From a virus (lineage: Duplodnaviria > Heunggongvirae > Uroviricota > Caudoviricetes), in IMG/VR virus record IMGVR_UViG_3300031993_000018, positions 89,614-153,613 of that record: a DNA stretch of 64,000 nucleotides; one strand, 5' to 3'. Each line of letters opens with the position of its first letter. The first letter of the stretch is position 1. Below, one piece after another: positions 40,281 through 48,748 of this stretch. A program made the position numbers and the translations under genes. A model generated the notes under the pieces. It had not been told where the DNA came from. It saw nothing but the letters and a program-made list of their open reading frames with translations, and did not search any database.

Positions 40281-40577
40281 TTAAATACCATCACATCCTT
40301 CTTCACCAGAATCAACTTCTGCATAGTCCTCACCTTTGGGGATTGGGTCTTTAAACCTCTTCTCAAACACACCTATACCCAGGAGGGCAAATGCACCAAT
40401 CATCATGGTCATTATTGCCTCACCAAGCCAAACTGCCTGAACATTCCTGAACACACTGATTACAATGACAGTGAGTAAGACAATAAGAATGAATGTACCC
40501 AACACTCTCTTGGATGACACTCTTCCATTCGCACCGGTGAACATTGTGTCAAAGAATCTGACCTTTTTGTTTTTCAT
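40281..40577 (-). CDS. Minus-strand small membrane protein (2 TM, acidic C-terminus)
   Basis: Internal start MKNKKVRFFD of minus ORF 40281..40739; TM helices LGTFILIVLLTVIVISVF and IMTMMIGAFALLGIGVF. It is flanked by a bidirectional terminator and divergent promoters. Confidence 0.45.
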   Translation of the reverse strand: MKNKKVRFFDTMFTGANGRVSSKRVLGTFILIVLLTVIVISVFRNVQAVWLGEAIMTMMIGAFALLGIGVFEKRFKDPIPKGEDYAEVDSGEEGCDGI

Positions 40578-40668
40578 GTTGTATGTGTTTATTATAAAAT
40601 ATTTATGTGAATATTTGGATATTTCAAAAAAACATATTATATTTGTAGTAAGAATAAAAATATAAACT

Positions 40669-41127
40669 ATGTATTGGAAATTTATATACAGGTGGTGGTA
40701 CACCGCACAGGCATCAGTAATGTATGTTTGTGCAGACAATGCAAAGGATGCTGAGAAGGAATTTGACTCCCACTTCGGTTATGAGGATGTGGATATAGTC
40801 AGTTACAGTGAAATATCCAAGGAGGATATGCTGAAGGAAATGGTGAAGGGTTACAAGGGTGATGATACCGACAAGAAACTCTATCAAGTCTTTGAGGTGG
40901 ACACCACCATTGAAGAATATAATATGGAATATTGTCTTATTGGTGCCAATAATTTGGAAGATCTCATCCAGCATCTTCCAGACATTCTGAAAGAATATAA
41001 AAATATATCCAAAAAAGAAATAAGGGGACTGATGAAGAACTATGAGATATACCCACCTAAACCAGTTGTGGGTACATACACAAACAAACCATATTCTGTC
41101 TTAACTATGTTTGGTTATATGGAATAA
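40669..41127 (+). CDS. Hypothetical protein
   Basis: 152 aa ORF. Confidence 0.45.
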   Translation: MYWKFIYRWWYTAQASVMYVCADNAKDAEKEFDSHFGYEDVDIVSYSEISKEDMLKEMVKGYKGDDTDKKLYQVFEVDTTIEEYNMEYCLIGANNLEDLIQHLPDILKEYKNISKKEIRGLMKNYEIYPPKPVVGTYTNKPYSVLTMFGYME

Positions 41128-41336
41128 CGGACGATTACGAACGACAAAATAAAAGGCATTATGTTTTATATTTATAAAAAGAACTTGAACACAGGCAAGT
41201 CCTCATTCTTTATGAAGACTGCTGATAACAAACTGGCTGAGTCCAGGATTAGGGAACTGAATGCCGAGTCATTGTATGATGATGAGTACTACTACATTTC
41301 AGAGACACCTATCAATGGTTAAAAAATCTAAAAATA

Positions 41337-41368
41337 TTTGGTAGTATCGATTTTTTGTTTTATATTTG
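41337..41368 (+). promoter_or_regulatory. Sigma-AB type promoter, extended conserved form (AAAATATTTGGTRGT...TATMTTTGTATCAGAAAC)
   Basis: aaaaatatTTGgtagtatcgattttttgtttTATATTTGtatcagaaacc. The same extended motif occurs at 50791..50840, 54341..54390 and 60851..60900. Confidence 0.55.
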
Positions 41369-41937
41369 TATCAGAAACCAAAAACAATAAACAATTATGA
41401 ACGACGATCAACTCTTCATAGAGGTATTCAGGAACTTCCAGGAACATTATTATGGTCTGGATATGAGAGGTACACTTGTTTATTACAAGGGTGAGTGTAA
41501 ATTCAACATAGAGGGTTACAACCTCTGTTATAATCTCCTCCGACTCACAAGGATGCTTGAAGAGGCTGGAGAACTCAGGTAACAACTTAAAACATCAAAA
41601 TTATGAAACTTATCAATGTAAATGACAGAGATGGGGATACTTACATAATCAATCCCATCCATGTGGAGGAAGTCAAAGTCACACGTTCAAGTCACAATAA
41701 TGACTGGTGTATTGTGATTTCCGTTGGGGAGAACAGGACACACACAATCTTGTGTCATTCAGAATCAGAGAAGGACAAACATGTTCTTGAAATCAATGCA
41801 GCAATGGAGTCAATTTCTTAATCCTGACAACTATGAACTGGACAAATTTTTGGTTGTTCCTCATTGTACTTGTACTTTATGGAATAGGGGATGAAATCCA
41901 TAAGTTGAACAACAAAAACAAAGACTAATTTGAGATT

Positions 41938-42543
41938 ATGAAGAATATCCGTATAATTTTCAATGTCATAGCGACACTTTTGTGTATGGCTCTTGCCTTT
42001 TTGTTGATATATCCCTTCCTTGGGAATCCAAAAGAAAAGGAACTGAGAAAAATGGTGAATGTATACTATGAGACTCATGATTTCACCAACTTTGAAGAGT
42101 ATCAGTCCATCCGCCTGTGTGATGAGGTTGAGCAACAGATTAAGGTTATGAACACCAAACTGAACTGGGATAAGAGTTTCTGTGAGGCATACCGGGAAAA
42201 TCTTGATGGTGAGGTGGAGAGTACACTTTCAGAGGATGAGGTTGTATTCAGTTATAACTACTATAAACATGAGATAGAGAAGGATGAAAAGATGCTTGAA
42301 TATCTCAAGTATGTAAATCTGCTTTACCCGGAGAAATATAATGAGGTATCATACACTACATACAGAATAACATACCTTGGGAAAGATAAGGATGGAAATG
42401 TAATCCATGACAGATGTTATGGGAAATTTGACAATGACGGTGTGATGGTCGCATACAGAATGTCTGACACCGCCGAGTGGAAGGTTACTTATAAAGGTGA
42501 AACCACATCCATCCCAAAGTACCGTGAAATGCTTTTACAATGA
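41938..42543 (+). CDS. Hypothetical protein with N-terminal signal anchor
   Basis: MKNIRIIFNVIATLLCMALAFLLIYPF, then a soluble domain. Confidence 0.45.
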   Translation: MKNIRIIFNVIATLLCMALAFLLIYPFLGNPKEKELRKMVNVYYETHDFTNFEEYQSIRLCDEVEQQIKVMNTKLNWDKSFCEAYRENLDGEVESTLSEDEVVFSYNYYKHEIEKDEKMLEYLKYVNLLYPEKYNEVSYTTYRITYLGKDKDGNVIHDRCYGKFDNDGVMVAYRMSDTAEWKVTYKGETTSIPKYREMLLQ

Positions 42544-42607
42544 TTAATAGAAGTACATTTGAAGAAGGTTGTCTGTGAAGATAACCTTTTTTGTTATATT
42601 TACATAT

Positions 42608-43471
42608 ATGATTATACCCCCAATTAAAATACAAGGAAAGAAGACCAAACTGGTTCCGAGAATAATGGAGATTGCCCAGGACCAACTGGATACACATCCG
42701 GAGATTGACACCTGGGTTGAACCCTTCCTGGGATCTGGAGTGGTGGCCTTCAACTGTCCGGACAGAATAAAGAATGTCATAGTCAATGACATCAACCCCC
42801 ATATCATCAATCTATACAAACAGATTGCATGTGGATTTATCACCCCCGAAATGGTGAAAACTGTATTCTCACAACACAATGATGCACTACTGAAAGGAGG
42901 ATATACATACTATAATAAAATCAAAGACAGATTCAATAATTATTTTGATCCTATGGATTTCCTCTTCCTTACCAGGACTGGATTCAATGGGGTGATGAGA
43001 TTCAATGGTTCAGGAAAATGGAATGTCCCATTCTGTAAACTCAACAACAGGTTGTCCACAAAAGTCATAGAAGACCTTTCCAGCTCCATAGAGGAACTTT
43101 CTCACCTCTTCCTGAGCAAGTCATTCACTTTCTATAACACTTCGTTTGAGAAGGTTTTAGAGGCCTCTCCTGCCAATTCAATTTTCTATTGTGATCCTCC
43201 TTATTATGGACTCCAGGTTCAGTACTTCAAAGGGTGGGAAAAGGAAGATGAAATAAGACTCAATGAAATGTTAAAGGATAAGGTGTTCATCTACTCAACC
43301 TGGCTTAATGATGGAAAGAAAGACAACCCTATGATAGATGAATACTGGAAAGACTTTGTGGTGGAGAAGATACCTCACAAATACAATGTGGCAGAGAAGT
43401 CCACAGAGAGAAACCAAGTGTTTGAGGGACTCATATACAGACCGGCGGAAAACAAGTTTTCATTGTTCTAA
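42608..43471 (+). CDS. Dam-class (D12) N6-adenine DNA methyltransferase
   Basis: N-terminal KIQGKKTKLVPRI (compare Dam KWAGGKRQLLPEL), motif I EPFLGSGVVAFN, catalytic FYCDPPYYG. The ORF-track start at 42569 lies inside the terminator/promoter cassette, so the ATG at 42608 is preferred. Confidence 0.7.
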   Translation: MIIPPIKIQGKKTKLVPRIMEIAQDQLDTHPEIDTWVEPFLGSGVVAFNCPDRIKNVIVNDINPHIINLYKQIACGFITPEMVKTVFSQHNDALLKGGYTYYNKIKDRFNNYFDPMDFLFLTRTGFNGVMRFNGSGKWNVPFCKLNNRLSTKVIEDLSSSIEELSHLFLSKSFTFYNTSFEKVLEASPANSIFYCDPPYYGLQVQYFKGWEKEDEIRLNEMLKDKVFIYSTWLNDGKKDNPMIDEYWKDFVVEKIPHKYNVAEKSTERNQVFEGLIYRPAENKFSLF

Positions 43472-43593
43472 ACCTTGCGGTCACGACCTTACGAAAGATG
43501 AAGAAACAAAAAATCTTCATCTTTTTTTTCATTTTTATTTGGTAGTTTCAAAAAAAACCTTTATATTTGTAGTGTAAATCAAGTAACAAAGTT

Positions 43594-43917
43594 ATGAAAC
43601 ACTCTTACACGATTTTTCAACTTGATGATGAGAACATCAAAGTTCTCAAGGAACACAAACTCTTTGAGTCTTGGGAATTTCTCAACAGACGTTCAGAGTT
43701 TGACTTTAACCAGTATAAGAAGGTATATGAGAATGAGATCGATGGTGAAACCCCGGCAGGTATTCTTGAAGACCTGTTTCAGAAGTTCAATCTTCACATC
43801 CCGAAGGGTTTCAGAGGTCACTCCCTCTCTGTGTCTGATGTTGTCATTCTTGATGATGTCAAGTACTACTGTGACTGTTATGGTTGGGTAAATGTAGAGA
43901 CAGGTAAGAAAGTCTAA
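43594..43917 (+). CDS. Hypothetical protein
   Basis: 107 aa ORF behind promoter 43538..43569. Confidence 0.4.
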   Translation: MKHSYTIFQLDDENIKVLKEHKLFESWEFLNRRSEFDFNQYKKVYENEIDGETPAGILEDLFQKFNLHIPKGFRGHSLSVSDVVILDDVKYYCDCYGWVNVETGKKV

Positions 43918-43927
43918 ACACATCATT

Positions 43928-44461
43928 ATGGAAAGGATTAATATTAGATTTAAGATAACACTCCTGATGCTTGCGATATCGCTCGCAGTAAATGTGTACT
44001 TCATATCAACCAAGGAACAGAAACATCCTGGTAATGAAGATTCATATCCTGTTGTGGTGCAGAACAATGTCTTTTACTCAATGCCTGACACCCTGTCAGA
44101 CTGGAGTACCCTTCAGTTGGCAATAGCAATGACTGAGTCTGAATTCAAACCGGATGCAGTCGGAAAGACAAAGGATTATGGTATCTATCAAATCACTCCC
44201 ATTTATGTGGAAGAAATCAACAGACTCCTGGGTGAACAGATTTATACCCATAACCAGGCATTTGACATAGAAAAGTCTGTTGAAATGTTCAATGTTATGC
44301 AGGAGTTCAAGAATCCTGATCATGACATTGAGACTGCCATATACTATCACAACAAGGCCTCCTGGTATAAGAAGAAGGTGTTGAGAAACTATGAGACAGT
44401 CAAGAGGTATGAGGAGTTGAGATCCATATTACAAGATTATAACAAATCACAGAACATATGA
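43928..44461 (+). CDS. Lytic transglycosylase (SLT domain) with N-terminal signal anchor
   Basis: LQLAIAMTESEFKPDAVGKTKDYGIYQIT matches the SLT catalytic block (ES.F.p.A.S..GA.GLMQ). Confidence 0.65.
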   Translation: MERINIRFKITLLMLAISLAVNVYFISTKEQKHPGNEDSYPVVVQNNVFYSMPDTLSDWSTLQLAIAMTESEFKPDAVGKTKDYGIYQITPIYVEEINRLLGEQIYTHNQAFDIEKSVEMFNVMQEFKNPDHDIETAIYYHNKASWYKKKVLRNYETVKRYEELRSILQDYNKSQNI

Positions 44462-44742
44462 GAATAGAAAAAAGGCAGAAGACAGTGGTTGTAGACTATA
44501 ATGTCTATATTGCCAATGATGGTCAGGAGTTTGCAAGTGCGGAACTGTGTCGTGATCATGAGAAGATGCTTGATGGTACCAGGATCACCTGTCCAGAATG
44601 TGATGGAAAGAAAGGATACCGAGGTAAGTGGATAGAACCATATGATCATTGGGATGGACCAATGGGTGGTTATTATGAATGGCATACATGTTCAAGATGT
44701 GGAGGTAAGGGTTACCTTGAAAAGAAAACAACCTGGGAATAA
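44458..44742 (+). CDS. DnaJ-type cysteine-rich zinc-finger protein
   Basis: CPECDGKKG ... CSRCGGKG (CxxCxGxG repeats). Confidence 0.4.
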   Translation: MRIEKRQKTVVVDYNVYIANDGQEFASAELCRDHEKMLDGTRITCPECDGKKGYRGKWIEPYDHWDGPMGGYYEWHTCSRCGGKGYLEKKTTWE

Positions 44743-44894
44743 CTATGGCACACATATTAACACAGAAGGAAACTGAAACAAGTTCGGTGTATGTTATGCC
44801 AGCAAAAGAAAAATGCAAAACATGCATATACAAACATCATGATTGTTCAAGTGACCCGGACAACAAGTGTCAAGTAACTTATTAACCGAAGAAT

Positions 44895-45197
44895 ATGACA
44901 ACTAAATCATTCAAAGAATTACTCAACAAATCCTTTGAGATAGGATTTAATGATGAGAAAAGAATCATTTGGTTTATCAATGATTGCCCCTGGCTCAATA
45001 TTGAGTGGAAAGAAGGAAATGGGTTTATCTTTGATTATAAAAAGAATACATTTGTTGCTCATATTACCATTGACAGTGTTCCAAGACTTGTGGATGCTCT
45101 AAATCTTTGTGGACTGTCAGTGTTGGCAAAACAGGTAACATATAACTTTATAGACTCCGGTAGATGTCCGGAAATAAAAGAAGACATTGTAAAATGA
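44895..45197 (+). CDS. Hypothetical protein
   Basis: 100 aa ORF. Confidence 0.4.
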   Translation: MTTKSFKELLNKSFEIGFNDEKRIIWFINDCPWLNIEWKEGNGFIFDYKKNTFVAHITIDSVPRLVDALNLCGLSVLAKQVTYNFIDSGRCPEIKEDIVK

Positions 45198-45691
45198 TAA
45201 GAAGAATAGTAGTTGACGGTAATGACGGAACAGGAAAGACTGCAACCATTAACAAGTTGAAGTTCCTATTCCCTGGTATTGAAATACAGGACAGAGGTCT
45301 GTTCTCTGAAGCGACTCTCAATGATGAGTTGTTCAAGGAGTATGAGGAAGAGAGTAAAAGGAGGGAAAATAACCCGAATTTATTTCTAAACTTTGGTATG
45401 AATATTGATAACCAACAGGTGAACAAAAACATCATGAATTTCCTGTTGAGTCTCAGTGAAATCCCAGAATGTGATACACTCTTTATCATATGTGTTGCAG
45501 ACCCGGAGGTATGTCAACAGAGAATTGCTGCCAGAGGTGACTCCATTGAGGAGGAATATCACACAATGGAAGACTTGAAAAAGTTTGACTACCGTTTCAG
45601 AATACTGTGCAGACTTGCCGATTACAAACAGAACATAATGTTGGTTGACACAACAAACAGGACAAACCCGGATACTTGTGATCTGGTATAA
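45194..45691 (+). CDS. P-loop nucleoside/nucleotide kinase (thymidylate-kinase / NRK-uridine-kinase-like)
   Basis: RIVVDGNDGTGKTATINKL (Walker A) followed by IQDRGLF. ATG 45194 is preferred over 45164, which overlaps the upstream gene. Confidence 0.5.
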   Translation: MIRRIVVDGNDGTGKTATINKLKFLFPGIEIQDRGLFSEATLNDELFKEYEEESKRRENNPNLFLNFGMNIDNQQVNKNIMNFLLSLSEIPECDTLFIICVADPEVCQQRIAARGDSIEEEYHTMEDLKKFDYRFRILCRLADYKQNIMLVDTTNRTNPDTCDLV

Positions 45692-45714
45692 AAATAATAT
45701 GTAAAGTTAAAGAT

Positions 45715-45987
45715 ATGGATAAAGCAAAAGAAAAAGCATTGAAGGCATACCCAGATTATGTTGGGTTCAATGACCCTAACACCATAAACCATGTGAGAAA
45801 AGCATATGAAGATGGTTACAATGAAGGTCATAAAGACTCGGCTGTCACCACAGAGGACATAGCCAGGATAAAGGACTTGCTGGACATCGTTCGTGCAGTC
45901 AAGGGTGTTTCAATACCTCAGGACCAGTTCTATGAGGAGGTGTTGAAGAGATACAACAACTGGAAAGAAAACAAATCAAAAAATTGA
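45715..45987 (+). CDS. Hypothetical protein
   Basis: 90 aa ORF. Confidence 0.4.
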   Translation: MDKAKEKALKAYPDYVGFNDPNTINHVRKAYEDGYNEGHKDSAVTTEDIARIKDLLDIVRAVKGVSIPQDQFYEEVLKRYNNWKENKSKN

Positions 45988-45994
45988 AAATAGT

Positions 45995-46477
45995 ATGAAG
46001 GTATTTTTCCCGGGGACTTTTGATCCCTTTACAATTGGTCATGAAGACCTTGTTAAGCGTGCATTGGCAATGGGTTTTGAGGTGGTAATCGGTATTGGCA
46101 TCAATGAGAAGAAGGAACCTCTCTTCACCATAACAGAAAGACTTGATGCCATCCGTAAACATTTTGCTGGTTACACCCGTGTTGGTGTTGTTCAGTATGA
46201 GGGACTCACTGTTGATGCTGCCAGGGCAAATGGTTGCCAGGCAATCCTGAGGGGTGTCCGCTCAGTGGTAGACTTTGAGTATGAGAGAGGTCTGGCAGAC
46301 ATCAATGACAAGATTGACGGTATAGAGACCATCCTACTGGTATCCAAACTTGATCTCCAGTATGTGAGTAGCAGTTTTGTCAGAGAACTCATCCACTTTG
46401 GTCGCAACCCCAAGGATATGGTGATTGACACATTCCAACCGGATGTGGAACTCAAGGCATACTACAATAAGTCATAA
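45995..46477 (+). CDS. coaD: Phosphopantetheine adenylyltransferase (CoaD/PPAT), copy 1
   Basis: FPGTFDPFTIGHEDLV (compare E. coli YPGTFDPITNGHIDIV), ILRGVRSVVDFEYE (LIRGLRAVADFEYE), YVSSSFVRELI (FISSSLVKEV). Confidence 0.8.
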   Translation: MKVFFPGTFDPFTIGHEDLVKRALAMGFEVVIGIGINEKKEPLFTITERLDAIRKHFAGYTRVGVVQYEGLTVDAARANGCQAILRGVRSVVDFEYERGLADINDKIDGIETILLVSKLDLQYVSSSFVRELIHFGRNPKDMVIDTFQPDVELKAYYNKS

Positions 46478-46482
46478 AGTTA

Positions 46483-46895
46483 TGAAAAAGAAAAGATTAT
46501 GGAAGGTCATCAAGACCGGACTCACATACAGCAAGGCATTGAGTATTTTCAAGGCCCAGGCAATTGAGGGAAAGCAGTATGAAGACCTTGCTATCCAGGT
46601 TGGTGACAAGTTCTTTTCACGCAATTCCAATCCGGAACTGGAACAGTACTTCCCATCGGAATTACTCAATGACACATGGGAGGTGTTGGTACCCGACACT
46701 GATGAGGAGGCAAAGTGTGACAAGATCCGTCAGGCAGTCAAGGACTCAAACTGTTCAGGACTCAACTATGCACAGATAGACAATATGACTATCCCTGAAC
46801 TGTTTGAAAGAATTATGTCTGGTCTGAATAATGATCAGATGTATAAAGTTCTCAAAGCATTCTATAATGAAGAGATATACAAAACAAAAAATTAA
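46483..46895 (+). CDS. Hypothetical protein
   Basis: Internal ATG of ORF 46425..46895. Confidence 0.4.
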
Positions 46896-46910
46896 CAAAT
46901 TCAAAAAGTT

Positions 46911-47123
46911 ATGATTTACACTATTGTAATTGGCCTGTTGGTATTGGCCGTAGCACTTTACTACATTTTCTGTTTTCTGGAAATCTTCGGTGTGATAGAT
47001 TTCACCGGTGAGAAGACCACAGTTAAGGTTCCCCAGATGTTCATCCCCTTCTATTACCTCATCCATGAGGATAAGGATTCCAAAGAGAAGGAAAACAAAT
47101 CAAAAGACAAATCAAAAAAGTAA
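46911..47123 (+). CDS. Small membrane protein, possible short NfeD-like partner of SPFH protein
   Basis: A single N-terminal TM followed by a ~40 aa domain, sitting immediately upstream of the SPFH gene as in NfeD-SPFH operons. Confidence 0.3.
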   Translation: MIYTIVIGLLVLAVALYYIFCFLEIFGVIDFTGEKTTVKVPQMFIPFYYLIHEDKDSKEKENKSKDKSKK

Positions 47124-47150
47124 TTAACAATCAATTTAACAAAAAGTATT

Positions 47151-48368
47151 ATGATTAAACTTACAAAAGGTAAAGTTACCGCTATCATTTGCGGTGTGTT
47201 CACAATCATCGTTCTCTGTCTGTTGGGCAGTATAGGTGAGGATGTAAAGAACAAGACAATCGTTGTTAACCAGTATCCCATTTCAGGTCGTATGGCCTAT
47301 TGGACTGAACCTGGTTTCAAGTGGCAGTTGTTCGGTAAGACAACTACTTATTACAAGACCGAGCAGTTGTGGTTCGGTGGTAAGGACATCAATGACAACC
47401 CCATTGGATCTCCCATCCCGGTGAAGTTCTATGACGGTTCTGATGGTATGATTTATGGTTCTCTCCGTGTTGAGCTTCCTACAGACACAAAGTATCTGGC
47501 AAAGATTCAGAGAGAGTATGACAGTATGGACCGACTCATGAATGACCTGGTTAAGCAGACAGTAAGTAAGGTTATATATGCGACAGGTGCTTTGATGACA
47601 GGATTTGAGTCTTATGCAGAGAAAAAGAATGACTTCTTGGAGTATGTTCAGGACCAGCTCGCTCATGGTGTATATAAGACAAATGTTAGGATAGAAGAGG
47701 TTAAGGACCAGGCAGGTAATATAGAGAAACTCAAGATTGCCAGTCTTATACCCGACACAGCATCTGCAAATGGTTACAAGAGATCTGAGACTTCACCCTT
47801 TATGGATTATGGAATTAAGGTGAACCAGGTATCTATTTCAACAATTGACTATTCACAGAAGGTTAAGGACCAGATTGCACAGCAGCAGGAGTCAAATATG
47901 TTGGCACAGACTGCAAAGGCCAAGGCTGCAGCCGCAGCACAGGAGGCAATCCGTGCAGAGGAGGAAGGTAAGGCAAAGGCTGCTCAGGCAAAGTGGGCAC
48001 AGGAGACCATCAAGGCTACAGAGGTGACAAAGGCAGAGCAGGAGTATGAGGTTGCCGTCACCCAGGCAAAGCAGCAGAGGGAGACCGCCAAGCTTGCAGC
48101 AGAGAAGGCAGAGTTTGATAAGAAGAGAATTATCGCCCAGGGTGAGGCTGAGGCCGCAGCTAACAGAGCAAAGGTCAATGCTGGTCTGACTCCTCAGGAG
48201 AGGGCAGAGTGGGACTTCAAGACCAAGGTTGGTGTCGCAGAGGCAATCTCCAAGGTTAATCTTCCTACAATCGTAATGACCGGTTCAGGTTCAAATGGTA
48301 GCTCATCAGCACTGGATGCAATGGGTCTGAAGATGCTGACCGATCTGGCAGACAAAATGTCCAAGTAA
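47151..48368 (+). CDS. SPFH/band-7 (stomatin/HflKC/flotillin-like) membrane protein
   Basis: N-terminal TM, central SPFH-like region, and a long Ala/Glu/Lys/Gln-rich coiled coil (AKAKAAAAAQEAIRAEEEGKAKAAQAKWAQE...) typical of HflK/flotillin C-termini. Confidence 0.6.
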   Translation: MIKLTKGKVTAIICGVFTIIVLCLLGSIGEDVKNKTIVVNQYPISGRMAYWTEPGFKWQLFGKTTTYYKTEQLWFGGKDINDNPIGSPIPVKFYDGSDGMIYGSLRVELPTDTKYLAKIQREYDSMDRLMNDLVKQTVSKVIYATGALMTGFESYAEKKNDFLEYVQDQLAHGVYKTNVRIEEVKDQAGNIEKLKIASLIPDTASANGYKRSETSPFMDYGIKVNQVSISTIDYSQKVKDQIAQQQESNMLAQTAKAKAAAAAQEAIRAEEEGKAKAAQAKWAQETIKATEVTKAEQEYEVAVTQAKQQRETAKLAAEKAEFDKKRIIAQGEAEAAANRAKVNAGLTPQERAEWDFKTKVGVAEAISKVNLPTIVMTGSGSNGSSSALDAMGLKMLTDLADKMSK

Positions 48369-48473
48369 CTATAAGTAAAACTTGAAAAAAGACCATCCGA
48401 AAGGGTGGTCTTTTTTTGTTATATTTTTTATAAAATGACATAAATATCTATATAGTGTTTATAAGTTTTTCAA

Positions 48474-48746
48474 ATGGCAGACGATATTGAAACCATATCT
48501 TACATAAACCCTGGTGACGGACAGAATCATCCCATTGATGCTGTTACAGTTGGAGGTAAAACCATACCGGGTGCAACATCTCTCCTTCCATCAGTGTCTA
48601 ATTCAGACAATGGAAAGGTGTTGAGAGTTGTCAATGGACAGTGGGTCATTGTTACTCCTGCCATCATCTACACAGGTGATGGTGAGCCATCCGACAGTGA
48701 AGGAAATGATGGAGACATCTACATACAAACAAATATAGAGATCTAA
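48474..48746 (+). CDS. Hypothetical small protein, probably tail-fibre associated
   Basis: 90 aa, Gly/Asp-rich, directly upstream of the fibre gene. Confidence 0.4.
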   Translation: MADDIETISYINPGDGQNHPIDAVTVGGKTIPGATSLLPSVSNSDNGKVLRVVNGQWVIVTPAIIYTGDGEPSDSEGNDGDIYIQTNIEI

Positions 48747-48748
48747 TT

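Noticed and set aside
47845-48027. Arg/Gln-rich ORF inside the SPFH gene
   Set aside because: It is an out-of-frame reading of the GCA/GAG-rich coiled-coil segment and sits fully inside 47151..48368.
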